A stretch of 64,000 nucleotides of DNA from Vicugna vicugna. Its lineage: Eukaryota. Positions within the stretch are counted from its first letter, which is position 1; each line of letters begins with the position of its first letter. The stretch lies in NCBI GenBank assembly GCA_013265495.1, contig MU058000.1, forward strand, positions 1,984,001-2,048,000. Direction: 5' to 3'. Positions 11,381-24,545 of the stretch are shown here, piece by piece. The notes beneath the pieces were generated by a model. That model was not told the origin of the DNA, made no database searches, and worked only from the letters and a program-made list of their open reading frames with translations. The translations under genes were made by a program, and so were the position numbers.

Positions 11381-12790
11381 CATATTAAGCAATAAAAACC
11401 TAGGCGAATGATAGTGATATCACAAACAAATCAACTTTAATACAAAATCATTATTGTCCAAAAGATGATTGTTGTATGATGACACAAATTTCAACATATC
11501 AGGCAGATATAAAATTCTAAACTTGTATTATCTATCTAAACAATCTTAAATAAAAAGCCAATACTTTTTTTTTCAGAATTACTAAGAAAAATTGGCAAAT
11601 TGTCAAGTATAGTGGAGAATTTTATTATCTCTCAGTGATCAGAAGAAAAAATAAAAAAAATATAGTAAAGCTATTGAATATTTGAACAAGATAATTAAGA
11701 ATTTTAACCTTAAACCAATGGGTCCTTCAACACCAAGCAAGTATAGATTATATATTTTACTGAACTATGCTTTGGAAACTTTACAAAAATTAACCTAGTA
11801 TATAATATAGGAATTCTCAACAAATATGAAAAAACTGATATTATATGTTCTCTGCATGTAATTCATTCAACTCACAATGAAATCATTGTTAAATTTAATA
11901 TAAAAATTAACCAGGAAAACACCATATGTATATGGGTATTTAGAAATCCTTTTACTTTTCAGATAATGCAGTATATTTTAAAATTCTATCATTTGATGCA
12001 TTGTTGTTTTGGAATAAAGTTAGACAACTGAACAAAGGAAACAGAACAGAAAGCCCAGGAACAGACCATGCATATGTGAATTTCTGAAATATGACAAATA
12101 GGACATTTTAAATTAGTAGGGAAAGAAAAACCTATTTAACATGGGGATGAGACAACTGTTTATCCATATGATAAATAAGCAGAGAAACAGCCAAAAAGAT
12201 TCTTGTGTTATCATAAATAAAAATCACTTCCAGATGAATTAAAGGCATAAATCTGAAGTGAAAATTTTATGCTTTTAGTGGAAAACAGGAAATTATCTTT
12301 ATGGTCTTTTGTTAGATATGGAATTCTTACACAAGAAGAACAAGGGAAATGAATGCAAGTTAATAAATATTACTATATCAGCATTTAAAACATCAGTATG
12401 AAAAATGTTAACATAAAAAAGGGAAGGAAGATGTGGTAGACTGGGAAAAGAAACTGTCAACTTGTATAAACAAAAATGCCTTATTTTTACAATGTATTAA
12501 TAACTCCTACAAATCAGTAAGAAAAGAGAAACAACTACAAAAATACATTTTAACAAAGCAGACATTATATTTGAAAATAAATTTAAATGGGAATAAACAC
12601 ACATTGGCACATTTCAGTATCATAGATGCTCAGAATAATGTGAATTAAAACAGCCGAGTAATATCATTTCACCCATAAGACTGTCAAAAATTCAACACAC
12701 ACATACCAGCACCATGTAGAAGAATATTCTTTTCAGTATTATTTATGATAATAAAACATTGAAGAAAATCAATAGTAGAATGGGCATAAA
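11378..12790 (+). mobile_element. Ancient LINE-1 ORF2 fragments (endonuclease region, then 3' region)
   Basis: gatatcacaaacaaatcaactttaatacaaaa; atagtggagaattttatt; aacagaacagaaagcccaggaacagacc; atatcatttcacccataagactgtcaaaaattc; heavily decayed. Confidence 0.7.
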
Positions 12791-14149
12791 ACCTTTTTAT
12801 GAGTGTTGATGTGTATCAAAGACTGGATCAATCAATTTGGAGGACTAGTACACAAAGTGTACGTATCTAAAGTTCTAAAGGTACTAGACAGTAAGTTTTT
12901 AAGTTGTGAAATGTACATATGGTCAGTTCAGGCTTTATAGAATACTAAGATTTATACAATGTCATTTGAATCTTTAAAACTTTAAAAATGAAGTACTTAT
13001 TATGTCCTTGGATTGTTTACAAGATTAATGCTTTTTCCTAATGTAGGTGATTAAGAAAAATTAATCAAATGTCCCATCAATAATTCAAGTCCTGTGGAGT
13101 TAAAAAGAATGATAGAGGCCCAATTTCCAATCAAAGCAGAGTTCTAAAAGGCTTTTTTGCTTTTCTCCTATTCATCTCACGTAACAGATAGAATTTCTGT
13201 AGGACTTGGAACACCTCTCCACACTTTTCTATCATTAAAAACATTTCATAGGTTTATCCCTGAAATTTAGCCTTCAAGAGTCATCATTAGGAAGATTGTG
13301 ATAATCATGTTTACCTTGCTAATGTGCCCTAATCTTTTTTGCAGCCAACTGAACATTTTATTTATGGTTCATAAAATTTCCATTTAATAATTTTTAATGA
13401 TTTAAAATATAGCTTTATGTAACACTTGTGAGAGAATGTTATGATATTAAAGTATTCTGAAGATTCTGAAGTGGTTAAAAGTAGTCTGGTAAATCTATCT
13501 GTTATCCACCTCTTTATTCTCCTTCCAAGAATGCTAAGAAAAATGAATTATTTTTATAAATTTTTGTCTTAAGTAGGTTTAATGAACCAAGTATAGAATA
13601 ATTGTACTTACTAGGCAATGAAATTAGAAGACTTCAAAAAAAAGAAGAATAATCCAGAGTGTAACAGAGGATGAAAGGCTGTTTTAAGTGTATAATCCTG
13701 GTAACATGAAGTAGACATGTTTGGGGCTATGCTCACAGCTCAGTATCCCTCTTGGAACTAATCTTACCTTTATCTCCTTCTACAAACCATCAAGATGTAC
13801 CACTGGCAAAAGTGTGTTCTCTGTGTGAGCTGACCCTTGCCTTGTTGGCCTGAGGTATCAACAGCTAACTCAGGCAGGGCCAGTCATATCAGTTCCTCAG
13901 GAATTTAGAATTAAGTCAAAAGAGACACCATGTCACATTCTCCATGTGGTACAGACTAGAAGTTAGAGAGTAGCTATCTTATGGCTTTGTTTCTTAATGG
14001 AGTCTTCCAGTGAATCTCAGAGTGCTAACCTAGAAAAATAAGAGTAAAGAATTAATGCAAAGTAAAACTGAAGTGAATGTAAAGTTAATTGATGAAGTTG
14101 TACACTTGTTTTGTGTGATTTTCTACAAGAATATTTTGTTTAATGATAC

Positions 14150-14372
14150 AAATTTATAAATCAGTAAATAAAAGCACTTTTATAACATTCGTAAGTTTGA
14201 ACATTTAGATGAAATAAATTATTAGCAAAACATAACTTATAAACACAAAAATAAAAATAAATAGAAATTCTGAATATATCTAGTAAAAAGAAAACATCTA
14301 AAATAAAATCCTTTCCAAAGGTAAAAAGTCCAACACCCTGATGATTTCACCAGTGAATTCAGTCAATCATTT
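14150..14372 (+). mobile_element. Ancient LINE-1 ORF2, left part (resumes at 15910)
   Basis: tttgaacatttagatgaaataa...caacaccctgatgatttcaccagtgaattc (PDDFTSEF, compare L1 PDGFTAEF). Confidence 0.8.
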
Positions 14373-15909
14373 TTTGTAATAGAAAAGTTTTTTAATGAAA
14401 AAAGCAACGATTCTTTAAATTCTGTAGTGCTTTGCAGTTTTCAAAAGTTTTACACAGATGATTTTATGTAATCCCCTAATAACCCTCTTTTTTTCCCCCA
14501 TCTCTGTTATTACCCCTTCCCTCTTACGTCTCCCCACTGTCAACCACTAGTTTGTTCTCTGTATCTATGAGTCTGTTACTTTTTAGTTTTATTCACTAGT
14601 TTGTTGGATTTTTTAGATTCTACATTTAAGTAATATAATACAGTATTTGTCTTTCTCTGTCTTATTTCACTTAGCATAATGTCCTCCATGATGTTGCAGA
14701 TGTGAAGTTTCATACTTTTTTGTGGCCAAGTAGTATTCTGTTTTATACACACACACACACCCCCACACCCACACACCCACATCTTTATTCATTTGTCTCT
14801 TGATGGTCACTTAGGTTGCTTCCATACTTTAGCAATTATAAATAATGTTGATATGAACACTGGGGTGGATGTATCTTTTTCAATTATGGTTTTTGAATTT
14901 TTTTTGTTTGTTGTTGTTGTTGTTTTTGTTTTTTTGATGTTTACCCAGGAGTAGAATTGCTGGATCATAAGATAGTTCTATTTTCAGTTCTTTGAGAAAC
15001 CTCCATGATGTTTTCCACAGTGGCTATACCAATTTACCTTCCCACCAATAGTGTAGGAGGGTTATCTTTTCTCCACGTTCTTGCCAACATCAACATTTGT
15101 TATTTGTGTTCTTTTTGGTGATAGCCATGTATAAGGCGCTATCTCATTGTGGTTTTGATGATTACTGATGTTGAGCATGTTTTCATGTGCCTGTTGACCA
15201 TCTGCATTTCCTCTTTGGAAAAATGTTTATTCAGTTCTTGTGCACATTTTAAAAACCAGGCTGTTTTTTTTTTTTTTTGATGTTGAGTTATGTGAGCTGT
15301 TTATATATGTTGGATATTAAGCCCTTATTGGTTATATCATTTGCAAATACTGTCTCCCATTCAGTAGGTTGTCTTTTTGTTTTGTTGATGGTTTCCTTCA
15401 CTGTGCAAAAGCTTTTAAGTTTAATTAGGTCCCATTTGTTTATTTTTGCTATTGTTTCCTTTGTTTTAGGTGACAGATCCTGAAAAATTTTTTGCTGCAA
15501 TTTATGTCAAAGACTTTTTTGCCTATGTTCTCCCCTAGGAGTTTTATACTATCTGGTCTTACATTTAGGTCTTTAATACATTTTCAGTTTATTTTTGTAT
15601 ATGGTGTTAGAGAATGTTCTAATTTCATTCTTTTACATGTCACTCTCCAGTTTCCCGAGCACCACTATTGAAGAGACTGTCTTTAATTCAATGTATATTC
15701 TCGCCTCTTGTGTCATAGATTAATTGACCATACGTGTGTGGTTTTATTTCTGGGCTCTCTATTCTGTTCCATAGACCTATGTGTTTGTTTTGTGCCAGTA
15801 CCATGCTGTTTTTATTATTGTATCAAAATCAGTAAAAATTATAGTAGTCTCAAGTCAGGGAGTGTGATTCTTCCAGCTCTGTTCTTCTTTCTCAAGATTG
15901 TTTTGGCTA
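14373..15909 (-). mobile_element. 5'-truncated LINE-1 (ORF2 3' part and 3' UTR) with a non-L1 tail, nested in an older L1
   Basis: Minus-strand ORF 15288-15500 [32 protein letters not shown] is L1 ORF2; flanked by tcaatcattt (14363-14372) and tcagtcattt (15910-15919). Confidence 0.9.
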
Positions 15910-17091
15910 TCAGTCATTTAAGGAAGAAATAAAGATACTCTTCAAAATTTCTAGAGTTAAAAGAGAGAGAATAGTATTCAACATTTTATATGGCCTACCT
16001 AACCTTGATAGCAAAATAAAAATAGTATTACAGAAAAGAAAAAAAATACAGGCCAACTTCTCTTCTAAACATAGATGCAAACAAAATTAATCTATTCATA
16101 ACTATGGCAGACCAAAATCAGTAATACTTAAAAAAAGAACATATTTTGTGTATTCTGTGAAGGACAGAATGAAAGTTTAACAGGGAAAAGTCAGTATCAA
16201 AAAATTAATATATTTAAAAATCATCAAAATAACAGAATGAAAAGTTATAATTGATAGTTAATCCCAACTCATTATTTATTGATAATACAATTTATGAAAT
16301 AGAATTTTATAATTTTTCAATTTTTAAAATTGAAGTATAGTTGATTTACAATATCTTATTAGTTTGAGGTTTATAACATTTTGATCTCCATCCCAGTTAA
16401 CCTTAATTTATTTCATAAATTTTAATTCCCATTTGATTAAATCAAAAATCTCTTACCAAGGAAGAAGTAGATGGAAACTTTCTCAGTCTGAAAAAAAGGT
16501 TTTACCAAAAGAACAAGAAAATAATAATGTTGAAATATCAGAGGCTTTATTTCTGAAGCCAGAATAGGATCAGAATGCCCAGTTTTATTATTTCTCTTCA
16601 GCATTGCCCTGGAAGTCCTAGTCAGTGGAATATAGCAAGAAAAATAAATATATTTATTCTTAAAGATTGGAAATTAAGAAAAAGAACTGCTGCTAAGTAC
16701 ATGTAACATGGTTGTAAATATAAAATTTTTAAATCTATATATTATTAAAATTTTTAAATGAATTTATGAATGATAAAAACAACCATGACTTAAAAATTGA
16801 TTATACTTCTGTATATCAGTAACACACAATTAGAAATGGAAAAATATTAAATGATTCCATTTTAATAGTATAGAAATACAAAATGCTTAGATAAAAATTT
16901 TCAAAAGAGCAACACCTTTCCACAGGTATTTATTAACTGTTACTGAAAAAATATTATAAGTCCTAAATAACTGAGGAATACACCATGTTCTCAGTTTGGA
17001 AAACAAATTGAAGAAGTGTCAATCCTCCTAAAATTATTCTATGGAGTTCTTGTAATCCCAACTGAAAAATCCCAGAAGCTTTTTCTTCCTT
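15910..17091 (+). mobile_element. Ancient LINE-1 ORF2 RT region, continued; contains a short minus-strand young L1 tail at ~16320-16380
   Basis: aaacatagatgcaaa; tcttcagcattgccctggaagtcctagtcagtggaatatagcaagaaaa; ataccatgttctcagtttggaaa. Confidence 0.8.
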
Positions 17092-17598
17092 TACAATGAG
17101 TAATTTTATGTGTCAACTTGACTAGGCCGCAGGATGCCCAGATAGCTGGTAAAACGTTATTTCTGGTTATGTACATGAGAATGTTTCTTGAAGAGATTTG
17201 CCTTTAAGTCAGTAGACTAAAGATGATCATTACCAATGTGGATAGATATCTAATACATTGAGGGCTGAATAGAACAAAAAGTTGGAGGAAGAGCAAATTT
17301 ATTCTCTGCTTGAATTTGAGCATCCATCTTCCCCTGCCCTTTGATATCAACACTCCTAGTTCTCAGGCCTTCAGACTTGACTATGACTTACAACATTGGA
17401 TCCCTTGGTTCTTGAACCTTTGGGTTTAGTCTGGAAATACACCACTGGTTTTCATGGGCATTTAGCTTGCAGGTGGCCAATCCTGGGACTTTTCAGTCAT
17501 CAATAATTATGCGAGCCAGCCACTCATAGTAAATCTCCTTCTGTATGTCCATAAATATTCTATTGGTTCTGTTTCTCTGGAGAACCGTAACTATTACA
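17092..17598 (+). mobile_element. MLT2-family (ERVL) solo LTR
   Basis: Starts taattttatgtgtcaacttgactaggcc...cccagatagctggtaaaac, ends ctattggttctgtttctctggagaaccgtaactattaca; near-TSD tcctt/ttctt. Confidence 0.92.
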
Positions 17599-18170
17599 TT
17601 CTTTTTTGTTGGGAATTTAAAAGCTTATTCTGAAATTTAGGTAGAAGTGCAAAGGGTTCATATATTCTTAGTGATAAAGAGCAAAGATGGGAATACTTCC
17701 ACTTCCACATAGAAAGTGCTTTCTAAGCCTCATACAATGGAGTACTATACAGCAATGAAAAAGAATAACTACCATTACATGCAGCTGCATGGATAAGCCC
17801 CACAAGTATAATGTGGAATGAAAAAAGCCAGGCATATTGTGTGACTATGTAGTGAAAATTTGATTGAAAAATATGTACTTTTCAATGTATGTGATTCCAT
17901 TTACATTTTCATATATATATATATATATATTTCCATTTACATAACTTTGGGAAAAAGAAAACTAATATTTGGTGTCAGACATCAGGTTCATGGTTATGTT
18001 AGGAGAGGATAGAGAGTGTAGTAACTGAGAGAGAGCATGAAGGTAGTTTCTGGAACTAGTAATGTTCCATTTCTTCAACAATATAATAGGTATGTTATTT
18101 GTGATCACTTGGTGATTTATAATTTGCCCATTTTTCTGTGTGTTTTGTTTCAATTAAGAAAATTAAAAAA
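17599..18170 (+). mobile_element. Ancient LINE-1 continued, with L1ME-like 3' end
   Basis: catacaatggagtactatacagcaatgaaaaagaataactac...atggataagccccacaagtataatgtggaatgaaaaaagccag. Confidence 0.75.
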
Positions 18171-19914
18171 GTCAAATTTCCCTATTCCCCTTTGTCTTAA
18201 AATCTTCATTCGTAAGCAAAAATATGAATACCATGTAACACTGCAATAATTATGGGTGCATAGACACATTATACCCTAAATATATATAGTTTAATATATA
18301 CCCTTGTTTGGGAGTCAGGATCTAAAGAGTGCTTACGCAGAAACATGACCACAAGCGAAGGGAAATTTATCCCTTATGGGCTGAGTTATGTGACTGCTTT
18401 GTCTTTGGTAGAACTCTTTTCCCTGCCAGGCTCTACAAGTGAAAAGTAGCAAAGCTGGTAGTGAAAATAGACTCTTTCATACTCAAATCCCAATGAATTT
18501 AAATAGCCTCACAGGTCATCAAATCATTAGATTTTGGGGACGTATATCAGAATTCTTTTGTCTATTATTTCTGCGTAATCAGGAATAAGAAAAGAGTTTC
18601 ACCAGTCCCAGGAGGACCAGCCCCTCTAACCTCTTGATTCCTATCATACCAGCTGTAAATATTAGCCATCCAATCTATCACATTGATGTTTTCGTTAATT
18701 TATTTTTGTTGTTTTATTGTGTTTGTCTTGGGAGCATTGCTGACTGCCAGGAGACCCTGGATGTCCTGTCAGGACTTTGAGTCAAGGTTTCAGTTCTGGG
18801 AAAAGTGTGCTGATTTTACAGAAATGAGATAAAGAGGCTTACAGAGTGAAAATGAAATAATCTGTCAAGTAAATAGTTTCCCTTTACACAAGATAAACAA
18901 AGTAAAATGGAATAAAATGTGCCCCTTCTCAATTACTCAGGAGATGCAGGCATGTCCACATTTGGAACAGGTGTTTCAGAACCCTGCCATCTGTTTTTCA
19001 TGTGACGCTACAAGGGAGAAAGGGACAAAAGTGGACACTGATTTATTCATGAAGTTCTAACTTTCCATCCATATACTTAAAATGAAGGAAAGCATTCTTT
19101 AATGCTTTTGCAATTAAAGAGAAAACACAAGCATTCTCAAGAGGGTTTTTTGTCTCTTTGTTTATTTGTTTTTAATATTAGGTCACAAGAAGTATATCTG
19201 AGAACTGAATCACAAGGGGAGATTAAAAATGTGTCCATATCCAAGCCTTAAACTTACCCGGTGTTTGGCAAGGATCAGGTGCTTATCCAACTAATTTTAA
19301 AAACAAAATTAAAACAGTCTCTATAAATATTACGATTTACTTTGTTGGGGATATAACAAGCAAAACTGGAATCAGTTTTAACTTAACAATCAGTGTCATG
19401 AAGAATAATGCAACATGTTCTTTCTCAGTAATGCATCATCTTACTTAAGTCTTGAAATCATCTTTGATTCTTTCTACACCTCACTTCTGAGTACTACTTT
19501 ATTGTCAAATCCTATCCATTTGGATTTCAAACATGTTTCATTTTTAATGAAGCCATCATTGTTCGAATCCTCTCATGATTATTATGAGAGCACTCTAATT
19601 TCTTACCTTTCTTTAGGGCTCTTCTTTAATCCATTACACCAGCCAGAGTAATATTTGTGATCAGGTCACTCCACACATAATGGGTAGAATTGATTTGGAA
19701 ATTATTGTATTACAGACATTGAAATGTTTATTAAAAATATCATTTACTCCACAGTCACTTCAAAGTTGGTACATTTTAGTGCTACCAATTTATAAGATTA
19801 TTAAAATTGGGTTTAGATTGGTTGAGTGTGCTCGGACTCAGGCCATTTGGCTTCAAGGAGCATGATCTTAATTCCGCCTTGCAGTGCCTCTCCACCATCT
19901 TGCAAAAGGATGAT

Positions 19915-20240
19915 ATGACAAACTCCCATATATCCATCACGAGCTTTAAATATTATCAGATCATGGCCAATCTGATTTTATCTGTAACTCCAACCACTTT
20001 TCTTTGTTCACACTATTTTATAGCAAATACCAGACATCCTTTAATTTCATCTGAAAATATTATATATATAATATATAATGAATCTTTTTTCAACAAAAGT
20101 ACAAAACCATTTTGACAAAAATTTCTAAATATCAGCAAATATTTAATTTTTATTACATCAGGATTCAAATAAAGTCCATAAATTTCAATAGGTTAACATT
20201 TGTCTTGCCTCTTTTGTTTGTAGAATCCCCTTGTGTATTA
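19915..20240 (-). mobile_element. L1MC4/5-like 3' UTR fragment
   Basis: aactcccatatatccatcacgagcttt...atcatggccaatctgatttt...tattttatagcaaataccagacatc. Confidence 0.65.
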
Positions 20241-20269
20241 CTTTTCTCTCTTCCCTAACTCTAATTTTT

Positions 20270-21862
20270 GATTATTTTTCAAGTATTTCTTCTGTCATCT
20301 TCTTCCATCTCCTTTAATTTCATGGCTGCAGTTATATATATATATATAATTAGATAATTTGAAGTTGTTCCATTGCTCACTGAGGCTCTTTTAATGTCAC
20401 TGAATTTTTATTTTGTACCTCCTGTTAGTATGTCTTTAAGTTCATTAATACTTACTTTTGTAATACCTAATTGTTCATTAATTCCATCCATTGTGCTTTT
20501 ACCTTAGACATTGTGGTTTTCATCTCTAGAATTTTTATTTGTGTAGTTGTTACATCTTCTATGTTATAATAACTTACCTGTATCATAACAACTGTATAAA
20601 TTCCTTGTCTGCTAATTCTAACATATGTCAGTTTTGGGTTTTAGTTGATTTATTTTTCTCAATAGGGATCAAGTTTTCTTTCTTTTCATTCCTCATAATC
20701 TTTGATTAGATAACAGACATTGCAAGTTTGTTGGGTGCTGGATATTTTGGAATTACTACAGTATTTTTTTCTGAGTCACTGTTAAATTACTTATAAATAG
20801 TTTGATCCTTTCATCCTTGCTTTAAAAAATGAAATCAGAGCTGTGTTTGATCTAGGGCTAATTATTTTCCATTACTAGGCAAAATCCTTCTAAGTACTCT
20901 GCTGGCTGTGTCATTTTTGAGGTTTCCTGTCTGGCTGGTGGGGGACATGACTATTGCCCTGTGTGTATGTATCTATTAAAGGGTACAGTTCCCTTTAATC
21001 CTTTCAGAAGGTCTTCCCAGACCTTGACTATCTCCCCCACATGTATCTACCGATCAGTATTCTATTGAATACTCACATGGAATCCTCTGAAGATTTCTGG
21101 ACTTATTTATGTAATGTTCTCTTCTCCAGTAGTCTATCCTCTGAACTCTTACTGCCTTGATCTCTGTCTTAATTTCCTTGGGCCACTATAACAAATTACT
21201 AAAATTTGGTGGCTTACAGTAACAGATATTTATTCTTTAGAGTTCAGTTCTGGAGGCCAGCAGTCTAAAATCAAAGTATCAGTGGCATCAGTCCCTTCTA
21301 AAGTCTCTGAGGGACAGTACATTCCACGCCTCTCTTTTAGTTTCTGGTCTTTGCCTGGCAATCTTTTGCATTCTTTGCCTTGAAGTTGTGTCACTTCAAC
21401 TCTGTCCCTGTGTGTATATCATCTTCTCTCCTGTGTCTTTGTATGTCTTTTCTGCCTCTTATGAGACCAGTAAGATCTCATCTCCATCCTTACCTTACTT
21501 ATCTATGTGAAGACTATATCTTCAAATAAGGTCACGTTCAGAAATTCTAGATGGACGTAAATTGTGGGATGGCATTACTCATCCCATTATAATCTCCCTG
21601 GATTCTTAGCTCTGTCTTCTGAACTCATGGATTCTTTAGGTCTTTGCCTGGGTTCTCACATCTTACACCTCTGCCTGGTATCTCTCTCAAGATGGTAAAC
21701 TGGAACAGTATTTGGGTTCACAATGTTTCCTGTTTCTTGCTGATTGCAATTCTTCATTGAGTGATTTCTAGTGTCTTGAATATTTTGTCTTATTTTTGGG
21801 GAGGAGAATGTTTTAGGTTGGAAGGTAAATATATTCCCTATTACTCCATCTTGGTCAAAACC
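20270..21862 (-). mobile_element. Old LINE-1 5' region (L1MC/MD-like 5' end), interrupted by MLT1
   Basis: Ends gttttaggttggaaggtaaatatattccctattactccatcttggtcaaaa (reverse of an old L1 5' terminus); T-rich antisense ORF1-like left part. Confidence 0.6.
21165..21591 (-). mobile_element. MLT1 (MaLR) solo LTR, MLT1B/C-like
   Basis: tgtcttaatttcct...ataacaaattactaaaatttggtggctta...gttctggaggccagcagtctaaaatcaaag...caaataaggtcacgttc; perfect 5-bp TSD ATCTC at 21160-21164 and 21592-21596. Confidence 0.92.
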
Positions 21863-22254
21863 TGAACGTTTTCTGTTTCGTTTTGGTTTGGTTTTAGATT
21901 TAATTTATTTGTGTGCACAGTAATGTGACCATGTACTTTTTTTTTTAAAGGCACCTGCATAATGTGCATTAACTAAATTCAGGTGATATTTCTTAATTTT
22001 GACTTTGTTAAAGTCAATGGATATTGAATAGTTCTTATGATATTTTAATAGACAAATATTCTGTATCAGAAGAGGTATTGACAGAGACTGAAAAAGAAGG
22101 AAAATAGAAAAAAAGAAGTTTCCTGTGTCCATAAGGCAACAACAAAGAAATGAAATGACATTGTATACGTGTACATATGTATTTAAATTTTAAAAGTTAT
22201 ATATATATTTAAACAAAAGCTATTAAAAAGGATTTGGTGCTGAAAGAAAAAAAC

Positions 22255-24545
22255 CTTATAACCAGTAAAGATATCATTTAGAATTAAAGGAAAAATGGAG
22301 TTTTTCAGAGAAGCAAAAGTTAAAGGAGTTCATGATTATTAAACTGACCTTACAAGAAATATTAAAGGGATTTCTTTAAGCTGGATAGACAGAGCACTAA
22401 TTAGTAGCAAGAACACATATAAAAGAATAAATCTCACTGGAAAGGTAAATATGTAGTAAATGTAGTGGATTAATAAGTTACAAAGCTAGCATGTAGGTTA
22501 AAATATTAAAATAGTAAAAGTAACTATGACTACAACAGTTAGTTAAGGGTCACACAAGATAAAAAGATGTAAAATGGGGCATCAAAAACATAAAGTATGA
22601 CTATGGAGAGTAATAGTGTTGAACTTTATAATGGAATTAAATTTTTATCAACTTAAAATAGACTGTTACAGATATAAGGTGTTATATGTAAGCCTCATGA
22701 TCACCATAAAGCAAAAACCTATAAAAGATACACAAAATATAAAGAAAAAGGAATGTAAGTATAGCACTAAAGAAAATCATCAAACCATAAAGGAAAAGAA
22801 TAAGAGAAGAGGAAAGAAACAAAGACAAACTACAAAAACAGCCAGAAGACAATGAACAAAATGGCAATAAATGCATGCCTATCAGTACTTACTTTAAGTA
22901 TAAATGGACTAAATTTGCCATTGAAAAGGCATGGGGTAGCTGAATGGATTAAAAAAAAAGACCCATCTATATTTTGCCTGTAAGAGATTCAGTTTAGATT
23001 TAAGGACACACAAGCTGAGAGTGAAGGGATGGAAAAAGATATCCTATGCAAATGGAAAATGAGAAATCTGAAGTAGCTATACTTATATCAGACAAAATGG
23101 ACTTTAAAACAAAGACTGTAATAAGAGACAAAAAAGGATGTTACATAATGATAAGGAGTCAACTCAACAAGAAGATATAACATTTATAAATATTTATGCA
23201 CCCAACTAGCAGCACCTAAATATATAAAGCAAATATAACATACTTAAAGGAAGAAAAAGGCAGCAATACAACAGTAGCGGGGAATTTTAATACCCCATTT
23301 GCATCAATGGATGTATCATTCAGACAGAAAATCAATAAAGAAACTTTGGTCTTAAATGACACATTAGACCAAATGGACTTAATAAATATTTACAGGACAT
23401 TCTATCCAAACAACAGAATACACATTTTTATTAAGTGAACATGGAACATTTTTCAAGATAGGTCATATGTTAGGCCACAAAACAAATCCTGGTAAATTTA
23501 AGAGGATTGACATATCAAACATCTTTTCTAACCACAACTGGAAATTGATTATACAAAGAAAACAGGAGAATTCACAAATATGTGGAGATTAAATAAAATG
23601 CTACTTAGCAACCAGTGGGTCAAAGAAAAAAACCAAAAGAGAAATTAAAAAATACCATAAGACAAATGAAAATGGAAATGGAATATAACAAAATTTATGG
23701 TATGCAGCAAAATAAGTTCTGAGAGAAGTCTGTAGTGATAAAATGCCTACCCCAGTAAACAAGAAAAGTCTCAAGTAAACAACACAGATTTATACCTTGA
23801 GGATCTAGAAGAAGAGAACAAAGACCAAAATTAGTAGAAAGGAAGGAAATAACAAAGATTAGAACAGAAATAAATGAAATCAAGACTAAAAAGATGATAT
23901 AAAAGAGTAATGAAATGAAGAGCCGTTTCTTTGGAAAGACAAAACCGACAAACCTTTAGCTAGACTCCCAAAGGTAAAGGAGGGGACTCAAATAAGATTA
24001 AAAAAAAATTAAAGAGATGTTACAACTGATACCACAGAAATACAGAGGATCATGAGAGACTACTGTGGACACTAATGAATGCAGTAATATATGTATACTA
24101 ACAAGAATACACTAATAAACATACAATAACAAATTGGACAACCTAGAAAAAGTGAATAAATTCCTAGAAGCATACAATCTACAAAGACTGAATCATGATG
24201 CAATAGAAAATTTGCACAGACTGCTTACTAATAGATTGAATCAGTAATCAAAAACCTCCCAACAAACAAAAATCTAGGACCAGACAGCTTCACTGTTCCA
24301 CTAAACATTCAAAGAAGGATTAATACCAATACTTCTTAAGATCTTCCAAAAAAACAGAAGAAAAGGAAACTCTTCCAAACTTATTTTAGAAGGCCAGTAT
24401 TATCCTGATACCAATCAGACAAAGATGTCACAAGCAAAGAAAATTATATGCCAATATCCCCAATGAACATAGGTGTAGAAATCTCTTAATGAAATATTAG
24501 CAAACCAAATTCAACAATACATTTAAAGAATCCTACACATCATTT
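22255..24545 (+). mobile_element. LINE-1 internal fragment: ORF1 end, spacer, ORF2 endonuclease to start of RT; pseudogenised
   Basis: ATG at 22861 reads MAINACLSVLTLSINGLNLPLKRHGVAEWIKKKDPSIFCL* (L1 ORF2 endonuclease N-terminus); atttatgcacccaac; gaattttaatacccca; ggaccagacagcttcactg. Confidence 0.95.

Noticed and set aside
22255..24545. Active or domesticated L1 endonuclease/RT
   Set aside because: Stop after 40 codons of ORF2, many frameshifts, truncated at both ends
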